A DNA stretch of 63,442 bases, the filler included, from Octopus bimaculoides (taxonomy: Eukaryota), in the NCBI RefSeq assembly GCF_001194135.2. It is 7 parts of 7 records of this genome, joined end to end, with 100 filler letters (N's around TTAATTAATTAA, not from the genome) between each part and the next. Parts side by side here need not be neighbours in the genome. Positions count along the whole stretch, not along the records: positions 33,780 to 44,150 come from NC_069004.1; positions 44,251 to 57,140 come from NC_068987.1; 5 more parts are not named here. One strand, given 5' to 3'. Under the pieces are notes generated by a model. That model had not been told where the DNA came from and did not search any database. It saw nothing but the letters and a program-made list of their open reading frames with translations. The translations under genes were made by a program, and so were the position numbers. The stretch's first letter is position 1. Every line of letters starts with the position of its first letter. Below are positions 36,701 to 47,403 of this stretch, piece after piece.

Positions 36701-37075
36701 GTGTGAGCTCCCTGTCAATGATTGCCGTTTTCCTAATGTCCTCTGTTTTGTCCAGTTCAGTAATGTCCATTCCAGTTGTCATTGTTCTTACATTTCAGGT
36801 CCCCAGTTTCAATAGAGTCAATTTCAATTTTCTTCGTCTTTTGCCAGGTGCTGGCCTTCACGTCTGCTTTTCGGTTTTTGTCCTAGCTCCATACACCCTG
36901 AGCAGCGGACAGACGAGGTGGATCAGCACGTTACTGACTGGGGACTGCCCAGTTTAAGACGGGCGGTAGCTGATCAGTGCGATTGAATAATCATTCCCAT
37001 CGTAAACTGCCACTTCCGTGTTGTTTCCCTTGCCTGTTGCAGCAAGGATGAAGTGTCCTCTCCACATGCTCCCTC
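33780..37075 (-). mobile_element. RTE-clade LINE, near full length (APE endonuclease + RT), few lesions
   Basis: APE motifs (NVRTM, GVGFAV, ISAYAP, MGDFNARVG, IDFVIV, TDH) at 36800-36050. RT ORF 35407-34097 (YKGISLL, FVDLTKAFDTV, GVKQSCVLAPTLF, LFADDAAL) and RTE C-terminus (LLYGSETW, RLRWLGHV). At least two stops and two frameshifts. The 5' boundary is approximate. Confidence 0.95.
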
Positions 37076-37879
37076 TCCCTCTTTTTTTTTTTGCCGCGTC
37101 CTCCCAGAAATTCTAAGTCCTTGGCTAAGCTAAATGCCTGAGCTCTGAATGTATGGAGGACATGCCTTACCCAATTTGCACGATCCCCCTCTCGACTTCA
37201 CTGATTTATTCCAAAGGAGAGACAATGTCATTACATTTGGAACCAGCAAAGTTGCAGGGGCTGCCAGAAAATAGTTTGGATCATTCCTCCCCATCAACTG
37301 CCTTAGGGGCCCTCTCTCCGGGTTTTCTGTTTGGGTTTACCCCCTTAGCCTTTCATACTCCTGTGTGTGTCTACAAGGCAGCAGAAACAGCCGCAGGTTG
37401 TATCATCTACTGTCATTTTGGTAGCAGCACTAGTCTGACCTCATACACACAGACACACACACACACAAACACAAGGATATACATAAAAAATAAATAAAAT
37501 AAAAATAAAGTGTAAAATGATATATATAGATAAGATATGCCATTGAGAAATTGAAGATAATATATATACTTAAAAGTAAAAATATGTAAGTAGAAATTTA
37601 AAATTTAAAATATGACATATATATATATTACAGATATTCTTTTCTTTTTCTTTTTCTTTTTACAAACGTTTTGTTGGATGGCCGTTGACTGTTCATGGAG
37701 TTCCTCCGCCCTTTGACGGGTCTTATTTTTTATCCTGCAGGGTGTCCAACACACCCTCCTCACCAAACAAGCCTGATGGGGTTGCCAGTTTAGTCGCCGA
37801 CGATCCGACCATGCAGCAGGTTGTACTGGGTTACATGTTATCAGTAGCACTCGAGAGCGACCTGACTCTCTCACTCACA

Positions 37880-37914
<35 letters not shown>

Positions 37915-38014
37915 NNNNNNNNNNNNNNNNNNNNNNNNNNNNNNNNNNNNNNNNNNNNNNNNNNNNNNNNNNNNNNNNNNNNNNNNNNNNNNNNNNNNNN
38001 NNNNNNNNNNNNNN

Positions 38015-38560
38015 TGGCTGGACCTCAAAGATTCCAGACACACAGATCCTGAGGACAGCTGATACCTTGAGTAGGCGATAGTGAACAAGCACCGGTTACG
38101 TTGGACTGGACACGTTATTAGAATGAAGGATAGCAGGATCTCTAAGCAGATGCTCTATGGAGAACTTGTGAATGGAAGGAGACTCCGGCAGAAACCAAGG
38201 CTGCGCTTTAAGGACTGTGTCAAATCCTCATTAAAGGCCTGTGATATGCAGGACACTGACTGGGAGAACAATGCCTGTTATCGCCATAGATGGAGGAAGC
38301 AGGTTAAGGAGGGGATCAACACTTTTGAGAGAGCACGTATCCAGCATGAAGAACTTAAGAGAGCTGCACGAAAGTGCACGGCTCGTATAGTGAATGGGGA
38401 AAGCTTAATCTGCAATGTTTGCAGTCGTGTATGCTGGTTAAGAGCAGGGCTCATTAGCCACCAACGGAGCCGTAAATGCAAAATGTAAGTTAGTACTAGA
38501 GCGCAGAATGTTCCTGAAGGTCGGCAATGGTCTTCCTTGGTCACGAGTGGACGGCCATCA
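38015..38560 (+). mobile_element. RTE-clade LINE 3' end (second family)
   Basis: HRLRWTGHVIRMKDSRISKQMLYGELVNGRR..QKPRLRFKDCVK plus C-terminal CxxC...GLISHQR zinc finger; ends at a (TA)-rich run. Confidence 0.9.
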
Positions 38561-38645
38561 TATGTACGTATATATATGTATATATATGTATATGTATGTA
38601 TATATGCATGTATATATATCTGTATGCATATATATATATATATAT

Positions 38646-39772
38646 TGATGCGACCACCGAAAATACAATTAGCGTTATATCCCTATCTCCCGGGCTGGGT
38701 TTTGAACCCGTACTCTGGTCAGTTGGGGACAATGGTATTTCCTTTGTCTTGTCGGCAACCACAGCTATTTTTAGCGTAGCTGCCTCCTTTCTGGTCACCG
38801 AAAGTTCAGCAGGCAGGACAAGAATTGTACCGAACCGACCCAGCTTTGGGAGGGGGTAAAGTAACACTATGAGCTATGGTATTTGGGATGAATAGGAGAA
38901 CAGGAATTGGCGGGAAGAAGTCGGCCGAAGCAGTTGGCCGGGAGGATTTGGCGCAGTCGAGTGGTAGCAGTCAGCCGAAGCAGTTGGGGACAGCAGTTTG
39001 CCCGAGGAGATGGGGCCAGTCGAGTTGGATGAAGTCAAGATGAAGAATGATAAGTCTGACAGATAGCCTATACTCAGAAAGCTATAGTCAGCAGAAATGC
39101 ATAGAGTCTCAGAGAGAGAGAGAGANNNNNNNNNNNNNNNNNNNNNNNNNNNNNNNNNNNNNNNNNNNNNNNNNNNNNNNNNNNNNNNNNNNNNNNNNNN
39201 NNNNNNNNNNNNNNNNNNNNNNNNNNNNNNNNNNNNNNNNNNNNNNNNNNNNNNNNNNNNNNNNNNNNNNNNNNNNNNNNNNNNNNNNNNNNNNNNNNNN
39301 NNNNNNNNNNNNNNNNNNNNNNNNNNNNNNNNNNNNNNNNNNNNNNNNNNNNNNNNNNNNNNNNNNNNNNATGTGTAACTGAAAAGAGAAAACGAAGAAA
39401 AGAAAGAACAGAAAGAACTTTTGATGGACTTAATGATTGCAAACCCTTGATTATGTTCACGCAATGTCACACCATTATATGCTATTGAACTGTTATGTAA
39501 TGTTTTGAAATGTATTCTCATGTTTATGTAATGCTTTATTCTCATGTTTTTGATGTTATGTAAAAAGAAAAGGTTACCCAACGCATGGTCTTCGTGTTGT
39601 TTCTTCCACCCCTCCTTTTGCCTGTGTTGTTCTTCGTTCCGTGCTCCAGCCGGGGCTTATTATTGGTCAGGTGACCGAGGCGAGCTGCTAACTCACCGAG
39701 CGTTCGACGTTCGCGCGCGCGCGAGTTCTCTCTTCGGTTAAGGAGATGCTTCGCGTGCGGGCGTTCGTAACA
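38646..39772. mobile_element. Probable solo LTR (TG...CA, 4-bp TSD) in a (TA)n tract
   Basis: Begins TGATGCGA and ends TCGTAACA (imperfect inverted termini). ATAT flanks at 38642-38645 and 39773-39776. GC-richer than flanks; no coding capacity; contains a gap. Confidence 0.6.
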
Positions 39773-39902
39773 ATATAAATATATGTATATATGCATAGAT
39801 ATGTATAGATATACGTATATATATGTATATATATATATCTATATATTATACATATATGTAAATATATCTGTAAAATAATATGTGGCAATTATTCGGTTGC
39901 CA

Positions 39903-39966
39903 TTATAAAACTCCGAGTTTCGGATGTCGGGGCGGAAATCTGCACCGGCATCCCGTCAGTCAATAA
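39903..39966 (-). ncRNA. Degenerate type I hammerhead ribozyme-like motif at the PLE 3' end
   Basis: TTATTGA-CTGACG-GGATGCCGG...CCGACATCC-GAAA-CTC-G-GAGT-T-TTATAA: stem II and stem III form, stem I has a bulge, and core A9 is missing. Confidence 0.5.
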
Positions 39967-40177
39967 GACAAAACAAAAATGGTATGAAAATGACCGTTAA
40001 ACAAAGGGAAATTACTCTGAAGTTAACCGTTATTAAAATAAACAAAAGAGCTATTAGTATGACCGTTAAGTAAAGGAAAAAAACTCGTAAGTAAAAAACC
40101 GCTCATAGGATTCGCGTATGCGCGCATGTACATGTATATACATGCGTGTACGCACACCCACGCACATGTGCATATAT

Positions 40178-40553
40178 ACATATGCTCACTCACACTCGCG
40201 TGAAACACATACATGCACACCCACACACACACCTACATGTATGCATATATATGCAACAGTACACATGTACACATATAGATATCCGCACACACGCACACAC
40301 GTATATAAACCCATACCCGCACAATTATATTCATATACACGTCTAAAATACGCATATGCTATATATATATGCATATGCTCACTCACACTTGCGTGAAACA
40401 CATACATGTATACCCACACACACACCTATATGTATACATATACATGCAACTATATACACGTACACATATAGGCACCCGCACACACGCACACACACGCACA
40501 CGTATATTTACCCATACGCGCACAAATATGTTCATATACACGTCTATATACGC
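40178..40553. repeat. Two ~190-bp tandem copies of a complex CA/TA-rich unit inside the PLE 3' region
   Basis: CATATGCTCACTCACACT(C/T)GCGTGAAACACATACATG...ATACACGTCTA(A/T)A(A/T)ACGC at ~40178 and ~40371. Confidence 0.85.
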
Positions 40554-41690
40554 ACATGCATAAAAAGCAGGGTGAAAGGTAAAATACAGTAAAAATATGT
40601 AAAAATATATAAAGCAATAAAAAATATATAGAAATATATATAAAAATATTTAAAAATATAGAGATAAAATGCTTGTACGTGGACACAATATAAAAAGCAG
40701 GTTCTATCTGTGTTCTTGGGGGGACCAAAAACGTAACAAATATTTAGCCATACGTGGACATGATCCAAAAAGCTCAGTTCTTGAATTTAGACATGTAGCG
40801 GGGTCTAAGCTGTTTTACCAGATGAGCCATCTTTCCATATCACAAAGACTGCACTTTCCACTGCCGTTGGTGCTTGCACTTGGCTAAGATCTCCCAACGG
40901 ATGTTGTAATTGACACCTTTTTCTTTTAAGGACCATATGTAACTGGATAATTTGGTTGTTTTTCGTTTTTTCCCAGTGTCTGAAGCTCAATGTGGTATTG
41001 TTGAACCTGGATCTAAAATTTCCCTCTGTGAGACCCACATATTTCTTTGACGAAACTATGTCCTTAGTGGTTGTAGAGTCTACGGTGGCTTCATAAATGA
41101 TGGTCTCGGACATACAACCTCCATTTAGCGGGCACAAATTTTTATTCCTTCATGAACTGCTGGTGTCATTTTGTTGTTTTTGTGTGTTGTGCGCGATTAT
41201 ATTTTTAAAATTGGCAGTTGAGCTAAAACTGATTTTTAAGTTATGTATATTGAAGAGCTTTCTATAATTATGACTGATTGGAAAATTCCTACCTATAAGT
41301 GTTAATAAATATTTACCTATATTAAAGGTCACTTCGGGAGAGTAAATGGGTGTAAACCAGATAGTTTTCCTATTCCTGTTTCCTTTTCTTTATTATTGGA
41401 CTGGTAACAGGTGTACAGGTTATTTCCTCGCTGAATCCACTATCTTTTAGAGCATTATTATATACTGGGGCAACACTATCAACAATGTCCCTATCGGAGG
41501 AGAGACTAGAAAATTTTTTGCTAATGTTTTTAACTAAATTTTTAAACACTATGGGGAGATGGCAGGAACCTACATTAATATAACTAAGTCTATCGTTGGG
41601 CTTCCTATAAGGTTTTTAAATATTCTTATTTAAATCTAAGGATACAGCTAGGAAATTTACGTTTGACGGATATTTGTCCTCATCGTGTTT

Positions 41691-41918
41691 GATGTAGCGG
41701 TTAAGAACACGGCTACTAAACCCAAGATTCCGAGTTCGATTCCAGACAGTGACCTGAATAATAATAACATCCCGGTTCGAAATTTCCCCAAGACACCTGA
41801 TGAAGGCTGGAGGGTATATCAGCCGAAACGTTGTGTTAACAACAAACAAGTCGAGGACAAATATCCGTTAAATGTAAATAATGTACATAATTCCTCATCT
41901 CTTAAATATAGAACTGTA
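41691..41918 (+). mobile_element. tRNA-derived SINE carrying a hammerhead ribozyme (family E)
   Basis: A-box-like TGTAGCGGTTAAG, anticodon-arm-like GGCTACTAAACC, B box GTTCGATTCC (41734-41743), (AAT)n spacer, HHR core, AT-rich tail ...AAATGTAAATAATGTA. Confidence 0.8.
41792..41837 (+). ncRNA. Minimal type I hammerhead ribozyme (dimer type)
   Basis: GACAC-CTGATGA-A-GGCTG(gagggtatat)CAGCC-GAAA-CG-T-T-GTGTT. Stem I GACAC/GTGTT, 5-bp stem II, palindromic ACGT stem III with no loop, cleavage triplet GUU. Confidence 0.75.
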
Positions 41919-41961
41919 TTATGTGTATATATACGTATATATGTGTATATATGTCTATCTG

Positions 41962-42026
<65 letters not shown>

Positions 42027-42077
42027 NNNNNNNNNNNNNNNNNNNNNNNNNNNNNNNNNNNNNNNNNNNNNNNNNNN

Positions 42078-42148
<71 letters not shown>

Positions 42149-42273
42149 ATAGTATCAAGTAAAGGTAATAAACCTCACTAAATGATCATAAATCCAATGA
42201 AAATATTGGTTAGTTATCAATCTATAGACAGGTCATCTATAAGGTAACAATATAAACCGTGATTCATATATTT

Positions 42274-42590
42274 ATATATTCAAAGAATAAGGAGAAAACA
42301 GAGAGGTAATTAATAAAATTATTTATTAATTATAAAATATGACAACATCAGTGACAGCTGTTTCGATTCAGAAACCGTTAACAGTTTACAGCTTTTATCT
42401 CACTATGTATTCTAATCGGTATGTCCTTACTACCTCTGAAGAGGTTCATCTTATAATGATTTTAATTTTATAAATTAATTATCTAAAGATTTCTGAATCG
42501 AAACAGCTGTCAGAGACGTTGTCATATTTTATAATTAATAAATAATTTTATTAATTACCTCTCCATTTTCTCCTTATTCTTTGAATATAT
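42274..42590. mobile_element. ~101-bp inverted-repeat element with an HHR-like core (inverted PLE pLTR-like structure)
   Basis: Arms 42274-42374 and 42490-42590. Contains CTGAAGA-GGTTC...GAATC-GAAAC-AGCT-GTC at 42436-42511. Confidence 0.7.
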
Positions 42591-42763
42591 GTATATATAT
42601 ATATGTATGTATACATATATATGTATATGCATATNNNNNNNNNNNNNNNNNNNNNNNNNNNNNNNNNNNNNNNNNNNNNNNNNNNNNNNNNNNNNNNNNN
42701 NNNNNNNNNNNNNNNNNNNNNNNNNNNNNNNNNNNNNNNNNNNNNNNNNNNNNNNNNNNNNNN

Positions 42764-43630
42764 GGATCTGTTGGCTGTTGTCCAATGGGCAGAAAAAAAA
42801 CAATATACTTCTAAATGAAGATAAGTTTAATTTGATCCCCTTTGGAAAAGAAGATACTCTGAAACTACCATATACTCTTCCCTTGGGTAACTCCCTAGTG
42901 TCATCCAACAACACAAAAGACCTTGGAGTAATTGTTGATAACAATCTAAGCTGGAGTTCCCACGTAAACAGCAAGGTTGACTTGGCCCGCAAGATGTGCT
43001 CCTGAATTCTGAGAACTTTCTGGTCTAGAGATGCCCACCCCATTATCCTTCTCAATTCTACTTTTGCCTGACCCCAGCTTGAATACTGTTGCCTAGTGTG
43101 GTCTCCCCATACGAAGCAACTCATTATGAAAGTGGAAGCACTCCAGAGGTCATTAACAAGAAATATAGACAGTATGACACGTATTGACTATTGGGGTCGC
43201 CTGAAAAAACTCAATCTCTATTCTCTCCAATGCCGCCGGGAGCGCTACATTATTTGTGAGATGTGAAAAATATTCCATCAATATTGCGCAAATGATTTTG
43301 GCATCAATTTTAAAATCCACCCAAGACTTGGCCCCCATGCTATCCGCCCACTACAAAAATCGAACTCAGGACACATAACAACATCAAGTCACAGCTACGT
43401 TGCCTGCCCGGCCCAGCTCTCTTTAATACCATATCAAAATACATCAAAACGGAAATGGATCCCATAAAATGCAAAAGTTCAGTGGAGAAATTTCTTCAAA
43501 AACTCCCGGACCAGCATCTTACACCCCGATGACTTCAACAATATTAACTTTTTGCTAGAGTGGGCCATGGTGTCCCATATGTGACTGAAAGACTTCACTA
43601 GGTGATGCTATTGACCGAAACCTATCAAAG
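42764..43630 (+). mobile_element. CR1-like LINE, 3' portion of ORF2 with 3' UTR, degraded
   Basis: DLLAVVQWA...NEDKF...KDLGVIVDNNLSWSSHVN...ILRTF...LEYCCLVWSP...RLKKLNLYSLQCRRER; stops and frameshifts. Confidence 0.9.
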
Positions 43631-45470
43631 TTATATATGTATATATATGTGTGTGTATATATATACGTATGTATGTGTGTATATATATGTATATATATAT
43701 ACGTATATATATGTCTGTATACATATATATGTATATATATATGTATATATATATATATAAATATGTGTGTGTATATATATGTATGTATACATATATATGT
43801 ATATACATGTCTGTATACATATGTATGTGTGGAGGCGCAATGGCCCAGTGGTTAGGGCAGCGGACTCGCGGTCATAGGATCGCGGTTTCGATTCCCAGAC
43901 CGGGCATTGTGAGTGTTTATTGAGTGAAAACACCTAAAGCTCCACGCGGCTCCGGCAGGGAATGGTGGCGAACCCTGCTGTACTCTTTCACCACAACTTT
44001 CTGTCACTCTTATTTCCTGTTTCTGTTGTACCTGTATTTCAAAGGGCCAGCCTTGTCACTCTGTGTCACGCTGAATATCCCTGAGAACTACGTTAAGGGT
44101 ACACGTGTCTGTGGAGTGCTAAGCCACTTGCACGTTAATTTCACGAGCAGNNNNNNNNNNNNNNNNNNNNNNNNNNNNNNNNNNNNNNNNNNNNTTAATT
44201 AATTAANNNNNNNNNNNNNNNNNNNNNNNNNNNNNNNNNNNNNNNNNNNNTTGTTTTTTTTTTTTGTCAATTTCATTCGAATCGATACTGTTACATACTC
44301 ATAGCAGAACACATCCCAGTCTGAAGTTATGCCAAATTTTATACCAATCAGTAACTCCAGAGTTTTGATTAGGGTTTCAGAACAAGATTATAACGATACC
44401 TCCAAGCGTTAGAGATAGGGGCTACTAATTGGCAAAAACTATTTTCCATCAATTCTACTTGTATTTTTATTCACTACTTCATATCCAGTGACTGAATTTC
44501 TAATTTTTCATAAAGCCATTTTATCTCACTTAGACATCGTAATATCCTTGAATAGAAGTAGCAGTAATGTCATAATTGAACCACAATCATCTTCTGTTAA
44601 AACGGAAGGACGCATTAAACAGTGTTCTTCGAAATACACAGTTATTGAAAAGAGACAAAATAGGCACAATTTGAATCTATTTTATCATGTTTGCTCAATC
44701 CAGACCGAGCTAAATAATTATTTCTACACTAGGCACAAGGCTCTGGGAAAGATAGTCGATTATATTGACCCCAGTGCGTAACTGGTACTTATTTCATCGA
44801 CTTCGAAAGGGTAAAAGGCAAAGTCGACCTCGGCGGAATTTGAACTCAGAGCGTAACGGCAGATGAAATACAGCTATGCATTTCGCGCGGCGTGCTAACG
44901 ATTCTGCCAGTTCGCTGCCTTGAACCGACCTAAATAATAACAACTATGGCAATGATATTTATTGCGAACCACGGGATTATACATTCCCAAGAATTCGAAG
45001 TCCTATGCTTGTATTAGTTACCTACATTATATGAATTAAATACGCAATTTAAGGAAGATCCAGTGACGATGGAAGAGAGATACACATCTCTTAACTGATT
45101 ATCACCATTAAACCGGAATTAAATGCTGGTTATTATGAACCTTTGGTGATATTAGTGACACTTCATCCTGAATAAAGTCTAAATTGCTGGTTAGATCTTA
45201 AGCCCGTGCGAGATAATGATGTCTTCGTAATTAAAGTCGTGTATTTATTGATGTTAACGTTACACGACCAAATAAGAAATACCGAATGTTTGTTGATATT
45301 TATCAGACGTAAAATACGGGATTGTGACATTAACAGAACTAATGAGGTTCAGTAAGACAAGCGTAGCTATGTGGTAAAGAGATTCGCTTCACGGCTATTA
45401 GGCTGGGCGTTCGATCCTGTTGCAGGGCATTTTTTGGGGAGGTGATGGTAGTGGTGGTGGGAAAGTATAG

Positions 45471-45861
45471 GTGCAGGCGTGGATGGGTGGTAAAAAGTTT
45501 GCTTCCCAGCTATATGGTATCGGGCTCAGTTCTGCAGTGTGGGACAAATGCCTTCTACTATAACCTCAGGTTGACCAAAACCTTATGATTAAGCGGAAAC
45601 TGAAAGAAGCCTGTCGTGTGTGTGTGCGTGCGTGTACGTGCATGTGTGTGTGTGTGAATCTATATCTGTGTCTTTTTGCTGGCATTTGTCTCCCAGCACT
45701 GCTTCACAACCGATGTTAGTTTATTTACATCTCCGTAACTTAGGACTTCGACAAAGGAAACCGATTGAATAAGTACATGGGTTGATTTGTTCGATTAGAC
45801 CCGTTAAGGTTTTGCCCCTCCATGGCTGCAATCCAATGGCTGAAACAAGTAAACGATAAAA
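45471..45861 (+). mobile_element. SINE family C, full copy with internal (GT)n
   Basis: tRNA-like head, CTTCTACTATA..C.CAGG..GACCAAA, GGAAACTGAAAGAAGCC.GTCG, microsatellite, 3' body ending TGGCTGAAACAAGTAAA. Confidence 0.75.
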
Positions 45862-47182
45862 AATATGTCTTCTATCATAACTTTTGAACCAATCAAAACT
45901 TTGTGAGTGAAACTATTGTAGGCAGAAACTGTATGGAAGCCCGTCAGATATTTTATTCCTGCAATTCGATGACACACTTAAGTCATCATCCAATTTAACA
46001 CCACCAACTGACTTTTGTGGTCTTGAAAGAAGCCGATCGTGTGTATGTGTGTATGTATGTATGTATGTGTGTGCGTGTGCCTGTATGTGTGCTTCTGTGT
46101 GTCCGTGTCTGTGTTTTCCCTACCACCGCTTGACAACCGGTGTTGGTGTGTTTATGTCCCCATAACCTAGCAGGTCGGCAAAAAGGAGCTAATAGAATAA
46201 GCACCAGGCTTATAATAAAAATAAGGGCTGGAGTCGATTCATTCGACTAAAAATCCTTCAAGGTGGTGCCCCTGCATGGCCGCAGTCTAATGACTGAAAC
46301 AAGTAAAGGATAAAAGATACACACATATACATATATATCAATATATGCGCGCGCGCGCAAACACACTCACACACACGCATACAGGTCTTTCTCTAGAGTG
46401 CTATTAACCTCTAAATTTATTTTCTGACAAAGCTAAATACGCTTCCTTATGACAAATTAATTAATTAATTAATGTATTTATGTGATTCATTGTGTCTCGT
46501 AATTATTGTCGTGTAATGTTATAAAATTCCAAAAAGTATTAGCGAAAACACTTTTTCTCAACTGTCTACCTATACCAAGCGATGTATAATATCTATTAAT
46601 ATCGGAGATCAACGACTTTCTATATGAATCTATTCACCATTTTGCCGATGTATTGAAAAAAAAAACATTATTTTCCTTTTTAACTTGAATTAATAGTATT
46701 TTTCTTTCATTATAATTTCTAATTTTCTTTTTGGCTTCATTTAAAACGAAGTGAAGGTTACAACCAAAATTATATTTCAGCATAATCACAAAATTACATC
46801 GAAATTCGATTAAATTGAATTGAAGCAAAAAAAAAAAAGATATAATATAAAAAAATAAAAACAGCAAATTAATATAATATCGTAAGCGACCAGAATTAAT
46901 GATACTCCATGCGACATTAAGTAATTAAACGATAACTTGAGATTATAGTCTAAACTTAAAAATTGACAAATTAATTAAACCTTTTTATACAATTATGTAG
47001 GAATTACCATCTTCCGTGTGAAATTCTGCAGAGATTACAGTCATCTTTCTTCATTAACTTAGGAATTTGAGTTTGACGAAAAGAAGAAAGCTGCGTTATA
47101 TAGATATGTACAGTGTGTGTGTGTGTATGTGTGTGTGTGTGTGTGCGCGCGCACGCATGTGTAATATATGTATCTGTATGTA

Positions 47183-47403
47183 CAAGAGGGCGTGCTGAAA
47201 AGTTCTAGGTTTTGGGTAAAAGAAAATACAGGAGGATCAGTGAATTATGATTTTATTCAGCATATTCCCTTACCAGATTCACACACTCATTGCAGCGGTC
47301 CTTCAGTTTTTTTCTCAGTCCTGTAAAAAAAATCGGTAGGCTGTGCCTCCAGCCAAGCCTTTCACGAAACCCTTAAAGCCAGGAACTTTTCAGCATTCCC
47401 TCG
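47183..47403. mobile_element. Tc1/mariner-derived MITE with TA TSD
   Basis: TA|CAAGAGGGCGTGCTGAAAAGTTCTAGGTTT ... AAAGCCAGGAACTTTTCAGCATTCCCTCG|TA; ~30-bp imperfect TIRs. Confidence 0.85.

Larger units (their letters stand above)
39890..41660 (-). mobile_element. 5'-truncated Penelope-like element (RT end, GIY-YIG endonuclease, microsatellite-rich 3' region, HHR-like motif)
   Basis: VNFLAVSLDL..KPYRKPNDRLSYINVGSCH (41660-41560), IWFTPIYSPEVTFNIGK-like linker, CPLNGGCMSETIIYEATV...KYVGLTEGNFRSRFNN (GIY-YIG) and LNSRTEL at ~40790; frameshifted. Confidence 0.9.
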
